A stretch of 64,000 bases of DNA from an uncultured Gemmatimonadales bacterium. Lineage in GTDB: Bacteria > Gemmatimonadota > Gemmatimonadetes > Palauibacterales > Palauibacteraceae. A program made the position numbers and the translations under genes. This document shows, piece after piece, positions 49,090 through 58,683 of this stretch. The notes beneath the pieces are model-generated. The model was not told where the DNA came from. It was given only the letters and a program-made list of their open reading frames with translations, and did no database searches. The stretch spans positions 448,001 through 512,000 of the forward strand of contig CAWANJ010000009.1 in the NCBI GenBank assembly GCA_963783385.1, in the 5' to 3' direction. How positions within the stretch are numbered: the stretch's first letter is position 1; every line of letters begins with the position of its first letter.

Positions 49090-49228
49090 CCCCCCGAGCC
49101 CGTGAGAGCGGGAAGCGACCGTCCGAGAGGCCCTGGAGAACTTCCCGTGAGCGGCCGGAGCAGGGGGGCGAGACCCCATCGACAGGCCGCAAAACGGGCC
49201 GCCGGATCGCTCCAGCCCGGTAGGTGCA

Positions 49229-49252
49229 CTGTCACCGCAGCTGTCACCGCAG
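49229..49252 (-). repeat. Tandem 12-bp repeat CTGTCACCGCAG x2 matching the att-arm motif
   Basis: Reverse complement contains CGGTGACAG with 12-bp period, as at both element ends. Confidence 0.75.
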
Positions 49253-49346
49253 GCCGTAAGTCGTTGTCGGGCATGGACCGAACGGCAGGCTGCACGCCCA
49301 ACGACCGGAGGCGGCCGGTAGGCGTAACTAGGCGTGAGGCAAGCAC

Positions 49347-49715
49347 ATGAGTCTTGAGGAGCGCCTAGCACGCATGATCGAGCCGCTCCCGGACGGGGCC
49401 AGCGTGCTGCTGCCGGTCGAGACCGTGCGCCGCTGGCTCGAGCTCGAAGGGCAGGGCGCGGGCTCCCGGCCGCTCTCGGATCTCACGATCGCGGACGTCG
49501 CCGAAGAGCTCGATCGCTCGCCCTCGACGGTGCGCGGATGGCTGATCGCCGGTGACATCCCGGAGGCCTACAAGCTCCAGGGCCGGGAGTGGCGCATCCC
49601 CCGCGGTGCGCTCCGGGCCTTCCTGGACGGCCAGGCGAACGGCGACGGCGGGGTGAGGCGGGGTACCGGCCGGCGATCGAGCGCGAAGCTCTCGGATTGG
49701 AGGAGGCAGGCGTGA
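49347..49715 (+). CDS. Excisionase/AlpA-like HTH protein
   Basis: LTIADVAEELDRSPSTVRGWLIAGDIPEAYKLQGREWRIPRGALRAFL. Confidence 0.85.
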   Translation: MSLEERLARMIEPLPDGASVLLPVETVRRWLELEGQGAGSRPLSDLTIADVAEELDRSPSTVRGWLIAGDIPEAYKLQGREWRIPRGALRAFLDGQANGDGGVRRGTGRRSSAKLSDWRRQA

Positions 49716-50134
49716 GCGACCACAAGCGGTGCAGGGCGATCACCGAAGGCGGCACGCGGTGCAAGATCCAGAACAGCCTCTCCGAGGACGGGCTGTGCCT
49801 CTGGCACGACCCCGAGCGCGCCGAGGAGGCGGCCCGTGCCCGCCGCCGCGGCGGGCGGAATGGCGGCCGCGTGCCGAAGATCCGGACGGCCGGCATGGAC
49901 GAGGTCCCCGATCCGCCCCAGAGCGTCGAGGACGTGGTGGCCTGGACGAGCTGGGCTACCTGGGCGGTCGCCACGGGCAAGATCGACAGCCGCACGGCCC
50001 ATGAGATCGGCTACCTCGCCCGGGCGCTCCACGCCGGACTCGAGAAGGTGGATCTCAGCGAGGAGGTCGAGGAGCTCCGGGCGATGATCGAACGCCTGCA
50101 GGCCGGCGGCTCCGCGTCGAGGGCGGCTCTGTGA
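49712..50134 (+). CDS. Probable terminase small subunit-like protein with N-terminal CCCH zinc finger
   Basis: RCRAITEGGTRC...GLCLWH; C-terminal coiled coil; coupled directly upstream of TerL. Confidence 0.6.
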   Translation: MSDHKRCRAITEGGTRCKIQNSLSEDGLCLWHDPERAEEAARARRRGGRNGGRVPKIRTAGMDEVPDPPQSVEDVVAWTSWATWAVATGKIDSRTAHEIGYLARALHAGLEKVDLSEEVEELRAMIERLQAGGSASRAAL

Positions 50135-51708
50135 CGCTCGCCACCGACCTCCGGCGGCTGCGGGAGGACGTCGGCGAGCTCCTCGCCCGGCACGATCGGG
50201 CGCAGGACATCTCCGAGTTCGAGGCCTACGCCGAGGACCCGATCGGCTTCGTCCGCGACGTGCTCGGCGACACCGACCCCGGCCCCTGGTGGCGGCAGGT
50301 GGAGATCGCCGAGGCTGTCCGGGATCACCCCCTGGTCGCGGTGCGCTCGAACAACTCGGCCGGCAAGGACTGGCTCGCGGCGCGTCTGGCGCTGTGGTGG
50401 GTCTACGCCCGCGGCGGGCTCGCCCTCGTCACCGGCCCCACTGAGCGTCAGGTCGTCGAGGTGGTCATGGGGCAGGTGGCCCGCGCCTTCCGCCGGGCGA
50501 GCTCGCTCCCCGGCGACCTGTACCGCTCGGCGCTCCGGGTCGGCGAGACGGAGGAGGCCGGGATCCTGGCCTTCACGTCGACCGAGGCCTCGAGGCTGAC
50601 GGGGTTCCATGCCGGGCGCGTGTTCTGTGTGCTCACCGAGGCGCAGGCGGTCGAGGATTTCGCCTGGGAGGGGCTCCTGGCCTGCGCGACGGGACCGGAG
50701 GACCGGCTCCTGGCGGTCGGCAACCCGGTGGCCCCCGACGGGCGGTTCTACCGGGCCTCCCGGGCCGGGACGTGGAAGGCGATCCGGGTCTCCGCGAAGG
50801 AGCACCCGAACGTCGTCGAGGGCCGGATGGTGATCCCCGGCGGCGTGTCCCGGGCCTTCGTGGAGCGGATCGCCTCGGAGTACGGGGCGTCGAGCGGCGT
50901 CTACAGGTCCCGCGTCCTCGGCGAGTTCCCCGACCAGGGAGAGGACGCGCTCTGCGCGCTCGAGTGGGTCGTCTCCGCGGCCGAGCGCTGGCAGGACGAG
51001 GAAGAGCACGAGGACCGCCGGCCCCGGGGCCTGCCGATCGTGGCGATCGACCCGGCGCGGTTCGGGCCGGACCAGACCGTCGCAGCCGTCATGCGCGGGA
51101 GCCGCGTCGTCCGGATCCTCGCCTGGCGGGGCGCCTCGACCATGGAGTCCGTCGGCCGGGTCGCGGAGCTGCTCCGCGAGGAGGGCATCCGGCCGAAGCC
51201 CAAGGCCCAGCGCTCGGCGCCCGGCGGCTTCGACGCCTACGGCCGGCCCACGAAGTTCGCGCTGCCCGCGGCGCCCCCGGAAGAGACCGGCCGGATCGTG
51301 GTGGACGAGATCGGCGTCGGGGGCGGCATCGTGGACCGGCTCCGGGAGCGGGGCTTCGAGGTCACGAGCTTCAACGGCGGCGGCCGGCCGCGGGGAAAGG
51401 GCCGGGAGCGGCACCTGAACCTTCGGGCGCAGGGCTACTGGACGCTCCGCCGCGCGCTCGAGCGGGGTGAGATCTCGCTCCCCCCGGACGACGACCTCCG
51501 CCAGGAGCTCGTGTCCATGCGCTGGGGGCCGACCTCCTCCGGCCAGATCCAGATCGAAGCGAAGACCGAACTCAGGGCGCGGCTCGGGCGGAGCCCGGAC
51601 AAGGCCGACGCCGTCTCCATGGCCGTGCTCGAGTGGGCGCGGCTCCGGGCCAGGGCCGCGCGGGACCCGATCGCGCCGAGCCTATCGTTCACTGACACCA
51701 GCATGTGA
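50131..51708 (+). CDS. Terminase large subunit
   Basis: YAEDPIGFVRDVLG, RSNNSAGKD, GNP, RVLGEFP; nuclease motifs IDPARFGPD, VDEIGVGGG, RLGRSPDKADA. Confidence 0.9.
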   Translation: MTLATDLRRLREDVGELLARHDRAQDISEFEAYAEDPIGFVRDVLGDTDPGPWWRQVEIAEAVRDHPLVAVRSNNSAGKDWLAARLALWWVYARGGLALVTGPTERQVVEVVMGQVARAFRRASSLPGDLYRSALRVGETEEAGILAFTSTEASRLTGFHAGRVFCVLTEAQAVEDFAWEGLLACATGPEDRLLAVGNPVAPDGRFYRASRAGTWKAIRVSAKEHPNVVEGRMVIPGGVSRAFVERIASEYGASSGVYRSRVLGEFPDQGEDALCALEWVVSAAERWQDEEEHEDRRPRGLPIVAIDPARFGPDQTVAAVMRGSRVVRILAWRGASTMESVGRVAELLREEGIRPKPKAQRSAPGGFDAYGRPTKFALPAAPPEETGRIVVDEIGVGGGIVDRLRERGFEVTSFNGGGRPRGKGRERHLNLRAQGYWTLRRALERGEISLPPDDDLRQELVSMRWGPTSSGQIQIEAKTELRARLGRSPDKADAVSMAVLEWARLRARAARDPIAPSLSFTDTSM

Positions 51709-51715
51709 GGGCGCC

Positions 51716-52396
51716 ATGACCGCCGTACTCGCCGCATCGATCGAAGACGTCGAGGGCCGCTGCGCCGAGCTCCAGGGGCGCCGGGACGGGCTCCGCGAAG
51801 AGCTCGCCGGCGCGCGGAAGGACGTCGCGGCCGCCCGGGAGGCGCGGGCCGCCGGGACGGGCTCGACCGAGGCCCTCGCCGGGGCGCACAGCCGCGCCGA
51901 GGCGCTCGCCGCCGCGCTCGGGGAAGCGGAGGAGCAGCTGACCGCGGCCCATGCCGAGCTCGCCGACCTCCGGCGGGAATCGGGCCAGGGGGCCAGCCGC
52001 CGCCGCCTCGCCGAGCTGGCCGGCCAGGCGGAGACGCTCTTCGAGGAGTGGTCGGAGGCCTACCGGGCCTTCGGGGCGGCCCTCTCCCGGCTTCCGCGGC
52101 GGATCCTCGACCTCGAGGCGGAGCTCGCGGACCTCCAGCGGGAGTTCACCGAGCGGGCGGAGGCGCTGTGGCCGGGATTCCGCCGGGGCGCGGCCGGAAG
52201 CGTGGACCTCGAGGGCCTCGAGCTCGGGCCGCTCGCCGGCTACCGCGAGCCCGGGATGAACCTCGCCCGGCCGTGGGTCCGCGGCGACACCTCGGAGCTC
52301 GGGCGGCTCGCCCGCCGGCCCGAGCGGCCGGACCTCGGCGCCGTGGACAAGCCGGCGCAGGAGCTCATCGCGATCGAGCGCGAGCGGCGGGCGTAG
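51716..52396 (+). CDS. Coiled-coil hypothetical protein
   Basis: 226 aa, Ala/Glu/Arg/Leu heptads over ~150 aa. Confidence 0.7.
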   Translation: MTAVLAASIEDVEGRCAELQGRRDGLREELAGARKDVAAAREARAAGTGSTEALAGAHSRAEALAAALGEAEEQLTAAHAELADLRRESGQGASRRRLAELAGQAETLFEEWSEAYRAFGAALSRLPRRILDLEAELADLQREFTERAEALWPGFRRGAAGSVDLEGLELGPLAGYREPGMNLARPWVRGDTSELGRLARRPERPDLGAVDKPAQELIAIERERRA

Positions 52397-52415
52397 CCCC
52401 CGAAGGAGGAACGGC

Positions 52416-52799
52416 ATGACTCTCAGCGCACAGCAACTCGACGACCTGCTCGAGCTCCGCTCCCGGCTGATCGAGGGCGGGCTCGACCCGGCGACGGCCC
52501 ACCGGAAGACCGTAGAGGCCGGCCGCCGGCTCGGCACGGGCGGGGCTGCGGTGGACGCGGTGGCCCGGGAGATCCTGGAGGGCGAGGGGGGCCGGCGGCG
52601 GCCGCGGACGGAGGACGTCCGGACCCTCGTGGGCGCCCTCAAGGACTGGGGCCTCAGTGACGACGACGCGCTCGAGGCGGCGATGTCGAACGCCCACCGG
52701 CTCGAGCGCCGGGAGGCCACGGCCGTGGCCCGCGACCTGGTCATCGCCCGGGCGGCCGACCGCAAGCGGGAGGAGGGAAACTACGGTGACCAGTTCTAG
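52416..52799 (+). CDS. Hypothetical helical protein
   Basis: AAGGAGG RBS; two similar halves ending VAREI / VARDL. Confidence 0.7.
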   Translation: MTLSAQQLDDLLELRSRLIEGGLDPATAHRKTVEAGRRLGTGGAAVDAVAREILEGEGGRRRPRTEDVRTLVGALKDWGLSDDDALEAAMSNAHRLERREATAVARDLVIARAADRKREEGNYGDQF

Positions 52800-53094
52800 G
52801 CGGGACGGGCCGGTCCGCCGGCTCTTCCGCGAGCTCGGGGTCCTCCGGGCGCTGGTCTCCGGCAAGGCCCCCGACCCGGACTCGCCTGGCTACGCGGCGG
52901 CCGGTCGGGTCATGGCGACGCAGGCCGGTCGGGTCTGGCAGGTCCGCTACATCGCCTGGCACATGCGGCGGCCGTGGTGCTGGATCCCGGAGGGCTGGGA
53001 CATGGCCACCTTCTGGGCGCTCCACGGCGGGCCGCCGGGGCTCTGGCGAGCGATCCAGGCCGAGCACCGCCGGCGCCAGGCGCCGCTCAACTGA
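52786..53094 (+). CDS. Trp-rich hypothetical protein
   Basis: GGAGG RBS, GTG start overlapping the upstream gene. Confidence 0.6.
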   Translation: MTSSRRDGPVRRLFRELGVLRALVSGKAPDPDSPGYAAAGRVMATQAGRVWQVRYIAWHMRRPWCWIPEGWDMATFWALHGGPPGLWRAIQAEHRRRQAPLN

Positions 53095-53109
53095 ACCGAG
53101 GGGGCGGAG

Positions 53110-53291
53110 ATGGGGGACCCAAGGGCCGGCCGGGGGGAGTGTGAGGCCTGCGGCGAGGAGCTCGGACGCCGCGGCGGCCGCGTCTGCGAGCTCTGCAGGG
53201 TCAAGGGCCGCTCTGCGAGGAGTGCTGGGTCGAGGACGGCCACCAGGCCCACGCCGACCAGGCGCTCGACCTGTCGGGAGACCATCAATGA
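53110..53291 (+). CDS. Small multi-CxxC zinc-finger protein (one frameshift)
   Basis: CEAC, CELC, then CEEC...H..H in the shifted frame; stop overlaps ATG 53288. Confidence 0.55.
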
Positions 53292-54082
53292 GCACGCGGC
53301 GGCTGCTCTTCCTCGACCTCGAGACGACGGGGCACGGGGGAGCCGGATCCGGACCGCGACTGGATCGTGGAGTTCGCGTTCCAGCGCCTTGACCCGGAGC
53401 TCGGGCGGGCTCGAGCGGTGGGCGGAGCGGGTGAACCCCGGCGAGCCGATCCCGCGGACGGACCGAGGTGCACGGGATCTCTGACGCTGACGTCGCCGGC
53501 GCGCCTCCCTTCGCGGCCTTCGCGCCTGGGGTCCAGGGCCTGGTCGAGGGCTCGCTCCTCGTGGGCTACGGGAGCCGGCGTTACGACGTCCCGATCCTCG
53601 ACCGGGAGCTCCGCGCTGCGGACGAAGCCGGGCTCGAGCGGGACGCTTCGGGCGCGTTCATCGTCCACCCGGAGATCGACCTCTACCTCGCGTGGCAGCT
53701 CCACGAGCCGCGCGACCTGGCGACGGCGGCCCGGCGCTTCGCCGGCCGGGAGCTGGGGAACGACGCACATGGCGCCGAAGCGGACGCGGGCGTGCTCCGC
53801 GAGGTGCTCCGCGGCATGACCGAGAGCTTCGGTCTCCCCGGAGCGGACCGGCCCTCGGAGCTGGCCGCGGCTTGCCTCCAGCCCGGCGCCATGGACCGCG
53901 CCGGCTGCTTCCGCCGGCGCGAGGACGGTGTGGTCGTGTTCGACTTCTCGAAGAACCGCGGCAGGCCCGTCCGGGAGGAGCCGGGCATGCTCGAATGGAT
54001 GCTCAGGAACGACTTCCCGGCCGAGACCCGGCTCCTCGCGGATCGGCTTCTACGGGACGCTACTGGCGGCGGGGAGGACTGA
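53288..54082 (+). CDS. DEDDh 3'-5' exonuclease (DnaQ/ExoX-like), frameshifted near the 5' end
   Basis: FLDLETTG, VNPGEPIP, VHGISD, YDVPIL, AHGAEAD. Confidence 0.88.
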
Positions 54083-54085
54083 GCC

Positions 54086-54616
54086 ATGGCTGCGGACGAG
54101 GGCGGCGTGCGGTACGTGGACCTCTCGAGGCCCTGGCTCGGCCGCTTCTCCGTCATGGTGCTCGAGCCGCTGGTCGAGGCGGCCGCGCGCATCGTCCGCG
54201 ACAAGATCATCGAGGTCATGGAGGCGTCCACCCCCTCGGGCAAGCGCTACCCATCCCGTCCACCATCGCGCCCCGCAAGCGCTACAACCCGGAGACGGGC
54301 CAGTGGGAGGAGCTCCCCGGGCAAGTTCTACACGGCCTCCGCGCCGGACGAGCCCCCCGCGATCCGCACCGGCGGCTACCGGGACGCCTGGCTGGCCTCG
54401 GGCGCCTTCGAGGCGCGAGACGGTCATGGCGTGATGGCCGTCGTCTACAACTCGATCTACGTGGGGAAGGGCCGCGTCCCGCTCTGGGACATCCTCCAGC
54501 GGGGGCGGAAGGACGGCACGCTCCAGCCCCGGCCACACATCGACAAGGCGCTCGAGCTCGCGCGGCCCGAGATCGAGGCCCTGATCCGCGGCTTCTCCGG
54601 GCGCGGGGGCCTGTGA
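54086..54616 (+). CDS. HK97 gp10-like phage tail-completion/morphogenesis protein
   Basis: TASAPDEPPAIRTGGYRD...LQPRPHIDKALE resembles this family. Confidence 0.65.
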   Translation: MAADEGGVRYVDLSRPWLGRFSVMVLEPLVEAAARIVRDKIIEVMEASTPSGKRYPSRPPSRPASATTRRRASGRSSPGKFYTASAPDEPPAIRTGGYRDAWLASGAFEARDGHGVMAVVYNSIYVGKGRVPLWDILQRGRKDGTLQPRPHIDKALELARPEIEALIRGFSGRGGL

Positions 54617-54710
54617 GCCGCCGGAACGGCCGGCCGGCTGAGGCGGCCGTCACGGCCCGCGAGGCCCGAGGGGGCACAAAGACCGGCCGGAGCCCGCCCC
54701 GGACGACTCA

Positions 54711-54951
54711 ATGCGTGCGGACGCACTTTCCGGCGATTCGGGAGGGGGCGGCGCGCACTGCGAGTGGTGCGGCAACCGATGGAGCCAAAACGCCGTGGCA
54801 GCGGTTCGACACGACGCGCTGCAGGAGGGAGGCCCACCGGGCGGCGCGAGGCGAGAAGATTGAGACCGCGGTTCGCGAGGCGCTGGACCGCGCGCGGCAG
54901 GACATCATGGACGCGCTCAGGGAAGCGCTCGAGGACGCGGGGCTCCGCTGA
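54711..54951 (+). CDS. Small hypothetical protein (CxxC plus C-terminal helix), probably frameshifted
   Basis: HCEWCG..., then TRCRREAHRAARGEKIETAVREALDRARQDIMDALREALEDAGLR*. Confidence 0.4.
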
Positions 54952-54983
54952 GCGGGCGGAGCCGGAGCAGATAGGAGGCAGGG

Positions 54984-57900
54984 ATGCCGAACGAAAGCGG
55001 TGCACCGCCGGTCGGCGAAGCGGCGGTCGAGTTCTCGCCGAGCACGGGGCAACTCGAGGCGGACATCAACACGAAGGTTCGCCAGGCGTCGGAGGCTGGC
55101 GGGAAGAGGGCGGGCAAGGCTTTCAGTCGGGGCTTCCGGGACACCTCGAAGCCACCGGGCAGCAGGCGGCCGACGCGATCGTGGCTGACGTCAAGCGGCG
55201 CTTCGACGAGCGCTGGCCGAGGTCCGCCACGCGTTCGCCGCCGGCCTCATCAACCGCCAGGAGTTCGAGAAGGCGGGCCGCACGGCCGCCGAGGACTTCA
55301 ACAAGGCGCTCCTGAACTCCATCCGCCGCCTCGAGGAGCGGGACAGATCACGCCGGCTGTCTTTCGGCAGCTGTCCTCTCAGATCAAGCTCGAGGGCGTC
55401 CGGGCCGGGGGACAAACGGGAGCGGGATCCAGCAGGGCCTCGGCGGCCTCACCAAGTGGCTCCGGACGGGCTTCTATGCCGGCACGGCGGGCGCGCTCCT
55501 CTACGTGGCCAGCCGCATCAAGAGCTTCTTCGCCGGCGTGGCGCGCGACGTCGAGAACACGCTGAACCTCGGCGGCCTCCAGGCCCGCCGCCAGTCCCTC
55601 GAGAGCCTCGCCGGCGCGCAGGGCCTCGACCCCGCCCGGCTCCTGGGGAGCTCCGGAAGGGGGCGCGCGGCACGCGTCCGACTTCGAGCTCATGGACCGC
55701 GCCAACAACGCCCTCCAGGCCGGCCTCAAGGGCTCGGCGGACCAGTGGGGCGAGATGGCGACGGCGGCCCGCCGGCTCGGTCAGTCGGTCGGAATCGACG
55801 CCGCGACGGCGTTCGAGCGCATGACGAACGCCATCGTCCATAACCGGCCGATCATCGCCTCGACGCTCGGCCTCGTGGTGAACTGGAAGCAGGCCTACGA
55901 CGATGCGGCCGCCGCCCAGGGGCGGACGGCCAACAGCCTGAGCGCCACCGAGAAGCAGCAGATCCGGCTCTACTCGACGCTCGCGGTGGCCCGGAAGCGG
56001 GTACAGGACCTCGGCGCGGACCAGCTGAACGCCGCCCAGCGCGTGGAGCAGCTCCGGAGCGCTTGGGACAATGCCAAGAACGCTATCGCGCAGGCCATCG
56101 CCACCAACCCGGGCGTCGTATCGTTCCTCGACTCCATCGCCCGGGGCGCCGAGAACGCGTCTGCGCCAATGGAGGTCCTGGTGACGAAGATTCAGGCCGC
56201 CGTGGACACCGCGCTCCAGCTCGGCAAGGGGCTCTTCCAGGGCGGCATCGCCGGCTTCCTCGCGGCCTCGGCGAGCGGTCCAGGCTACCGCGAGAACCTC
56301 CAGCGCCGTCAGCAGCAGATGGCCGTGGAGAACATCGCTACGCGAGTGACACGAACGCCCTCCTCAAGCAGCGCAACGAGCTGGAGCAGGAGGCCGTGAG
56401 CTGGCAGCGCTTCCGGGTCGACGGCGAGGTGAAGGAGGAGGACGCGATCCGGAAGGTGAAGGATCTCCACGAGCAGATCCTCGCCATCAACCAGCGCATC
56501 GCGCAGCTCCGCGCTCAGGGGGACGTCCCCGGCGGCGATCCCACCAAGATCAACCTCGCCGCCCAGGCCGCCACGGCCATGAACGACGCGCTCAAGGAGA
56601 CGGCCGGGCTCCTCGGTCAGATCGAGGGCGAGGCGGCCACCAGTACACCGGGCAGGGCCTCATCGCGCGCTTCTTCCAGCGCGCCTCCGGCCCCTCCCCG
56701 GTCGGCCCCGGCGTGTCCGGGTTCTCCCAGGGCGCCGCCGGACTCCAGGCGGCCGAGGACCTGCGCGCGAAGCTGACCGACCTTCACCACTTCATGGACA
56801 TGCTCTCGAAGGCCGAGGGCACGGCCGGCGAGAAGTCGCTGGCCCTGAACGAGCACCTGAAGGAGCTCGGCCTCACCTGGGACCAGTTCCCCGACACGCT
56901 GAAGCTCCTCGTGAACGGTCTGATCGGCGCGGGGAACGCCGCCCTCATGCTTGGCCAGGGCTCGGATCAGGCCGAACGGAGCGCCTCGAAGCTGATGGAC
57001 CCTGCGGGCATCGAACGGGCGGCCCGCGGCATCCTCTCGCTCGCCGATCGATGGGCGTCCTCGACCACAAGACGCGCCGCGCGCTGCAGGGCATGGTCGA
57101 CATCGCGGGAGGCATCAGGACCTTGCTCCAGGGGGTAAGCTCGGAAATCTCCCCTCGGTGGCCGGCGGCCATTCCAGGGCGTTTCCGGCATCATCGGCAC
57201 GGTCAGCGGCCTGTTCGGCAAGAGTCGAGAAGGACAAGGAGCGCGACCGGCTCCTCGCCGAGAACAATCAGCGGCTCACCGACCTCAGGAACGAGCTCGG
57301 CCGCCAGCTCCAGTTCCTGACCGGGATCTCCGGCGACCAGTTCTCCGCGCTCCTCAAGGTGACTCAGCAGGCGGCGGCCGACCCGAACAGCTTCCTCTCG
57401 GGCTACCACTGGGCCGACCTCAAGAAACAGCTGGAGGCGGCCGGCCTCGGCCTCTCCGACCTCCACGACGCCGCCCAGAAGCTCGGGATCACCTGGGACG
57501 ACGGCCACCTGGCCGAGAGCTTCACGGCGCTCGCCAGGGCGCTCCGCGAGCTCGACCTCAAGAAGGCGCTCGGCACCTTTCAGGGGCAGATGGGGCTCCT
57601 CCAGCACGAGTTCTCGATCTTCAACGTGACCGACCCCGTGCAGAAGCTGGAGAAGTTCCGCCAGCTCCTGCTCAGCTTCACCAGCCTGCCGGGCGGCCTC
57701 CAGCAGCAGCTCTCCGGCCTCGACCTCACCACGGCGGCCGGCCAGACCCAGCTGCAGCAGATCCTCGAGCAGCTGTTCTCGGCCTTCGCCTCCGGCCGTA
57801 TCTCCATCGCGCAGCTCCAGGGCGCCCAGGGCGGCCTGTCGGCCTCCGACTTCCAGGACCTCCTCGACCAGATGGCCCAGCTCCTCCAGCACGCGCAGGG

Positions 57901-58250
57901 CGCCTCGGGGAATGTCGGCGGCCTGCAGGTGTTCAGCGGGATCAGCGAGCTCCAGGCGAACCGCCTCCTCTCGGGCGACGATACCAAGATCGCGCTCCTC
58001 TCGAAGCTCTGAGATCAACGCGGCCGGCTTCCGCGGGCTCGGCGTCGACATCCCGAGCCCGGGCGACCTCGCGCCCCTGGCCCGGCCTGGGGGCGCGGCC
58101 TCCACGACCGTCACCTTCCAGCCCGGCTCGATCGAGATCGGCCCGATCGACCTCGCCGGCGTCTCCGACCCGAAGGCGGCCGGCCAGGCGCTCGGCGACG
58201 CCTTCGTCCGGGAGATCGACCGGCGGCTTACGCGAAGCGGGTCTCCGCCT
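54984..58250 (+). CDS. Phage tail tape-measure protein (~1,090 codons), split by many frameshifts; 3' end approximate
   Basis: AGGAGG RBS; N-terminus VGEAAVEFSPSTGQLEADI; long Ala/Gly/Leu/Gln helical runs (ORFs 55692-56399, 56713-57138, 57158-58012); TMP-like tail TTVTFQPGSIEI...DPKAAGQALGDAFVREIDRRL. Confidence 0.8.
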
Positions 58251-58683
58251 CGCGCGTCCAGGGGAGGGTCTCTGAGCGGGCTCGTGGTGGACGGGGAGGG
58301 ACTGCCATATGTCTAGTAGGCGGCCTGGACCGAGGCGCGTGGGCGCTCCTCGCCTCGGATACGATCCGGACTAGCGCCGACGGCACCCGTCAGGCGATCC
58401 TCGTCTCCTTTTCGGGCGGCGCGCTCACGCCCTGGAGCGTCCGGGCCTACGGCTCGGCCTCGGCCACCAATGGCGTGACCTACGTCACCTTCGGCTCGCC
58501 GTCGGTCACGGCCATCACCTCCTCGACGGCGAAGGTGCTCCTCCGGACCGCCGAGAGGGCGTAGGGCAGGCGGGCCAAACGGCCAGCCGCTCAGGTGGGC
58601 CATACCGCAGGGTAGGGGTAGGGCTCAACGGAGGGTCAACGGGCAGGCGGAGAGCCCATGGAGACCCCTCCTGGCCCTTCGGA

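Noticed and set aside
48975-49260. CRISPR array
   Set aside because: Repeats are 8-12 bp with irregular short spacing, and there are no cas genes in the window.
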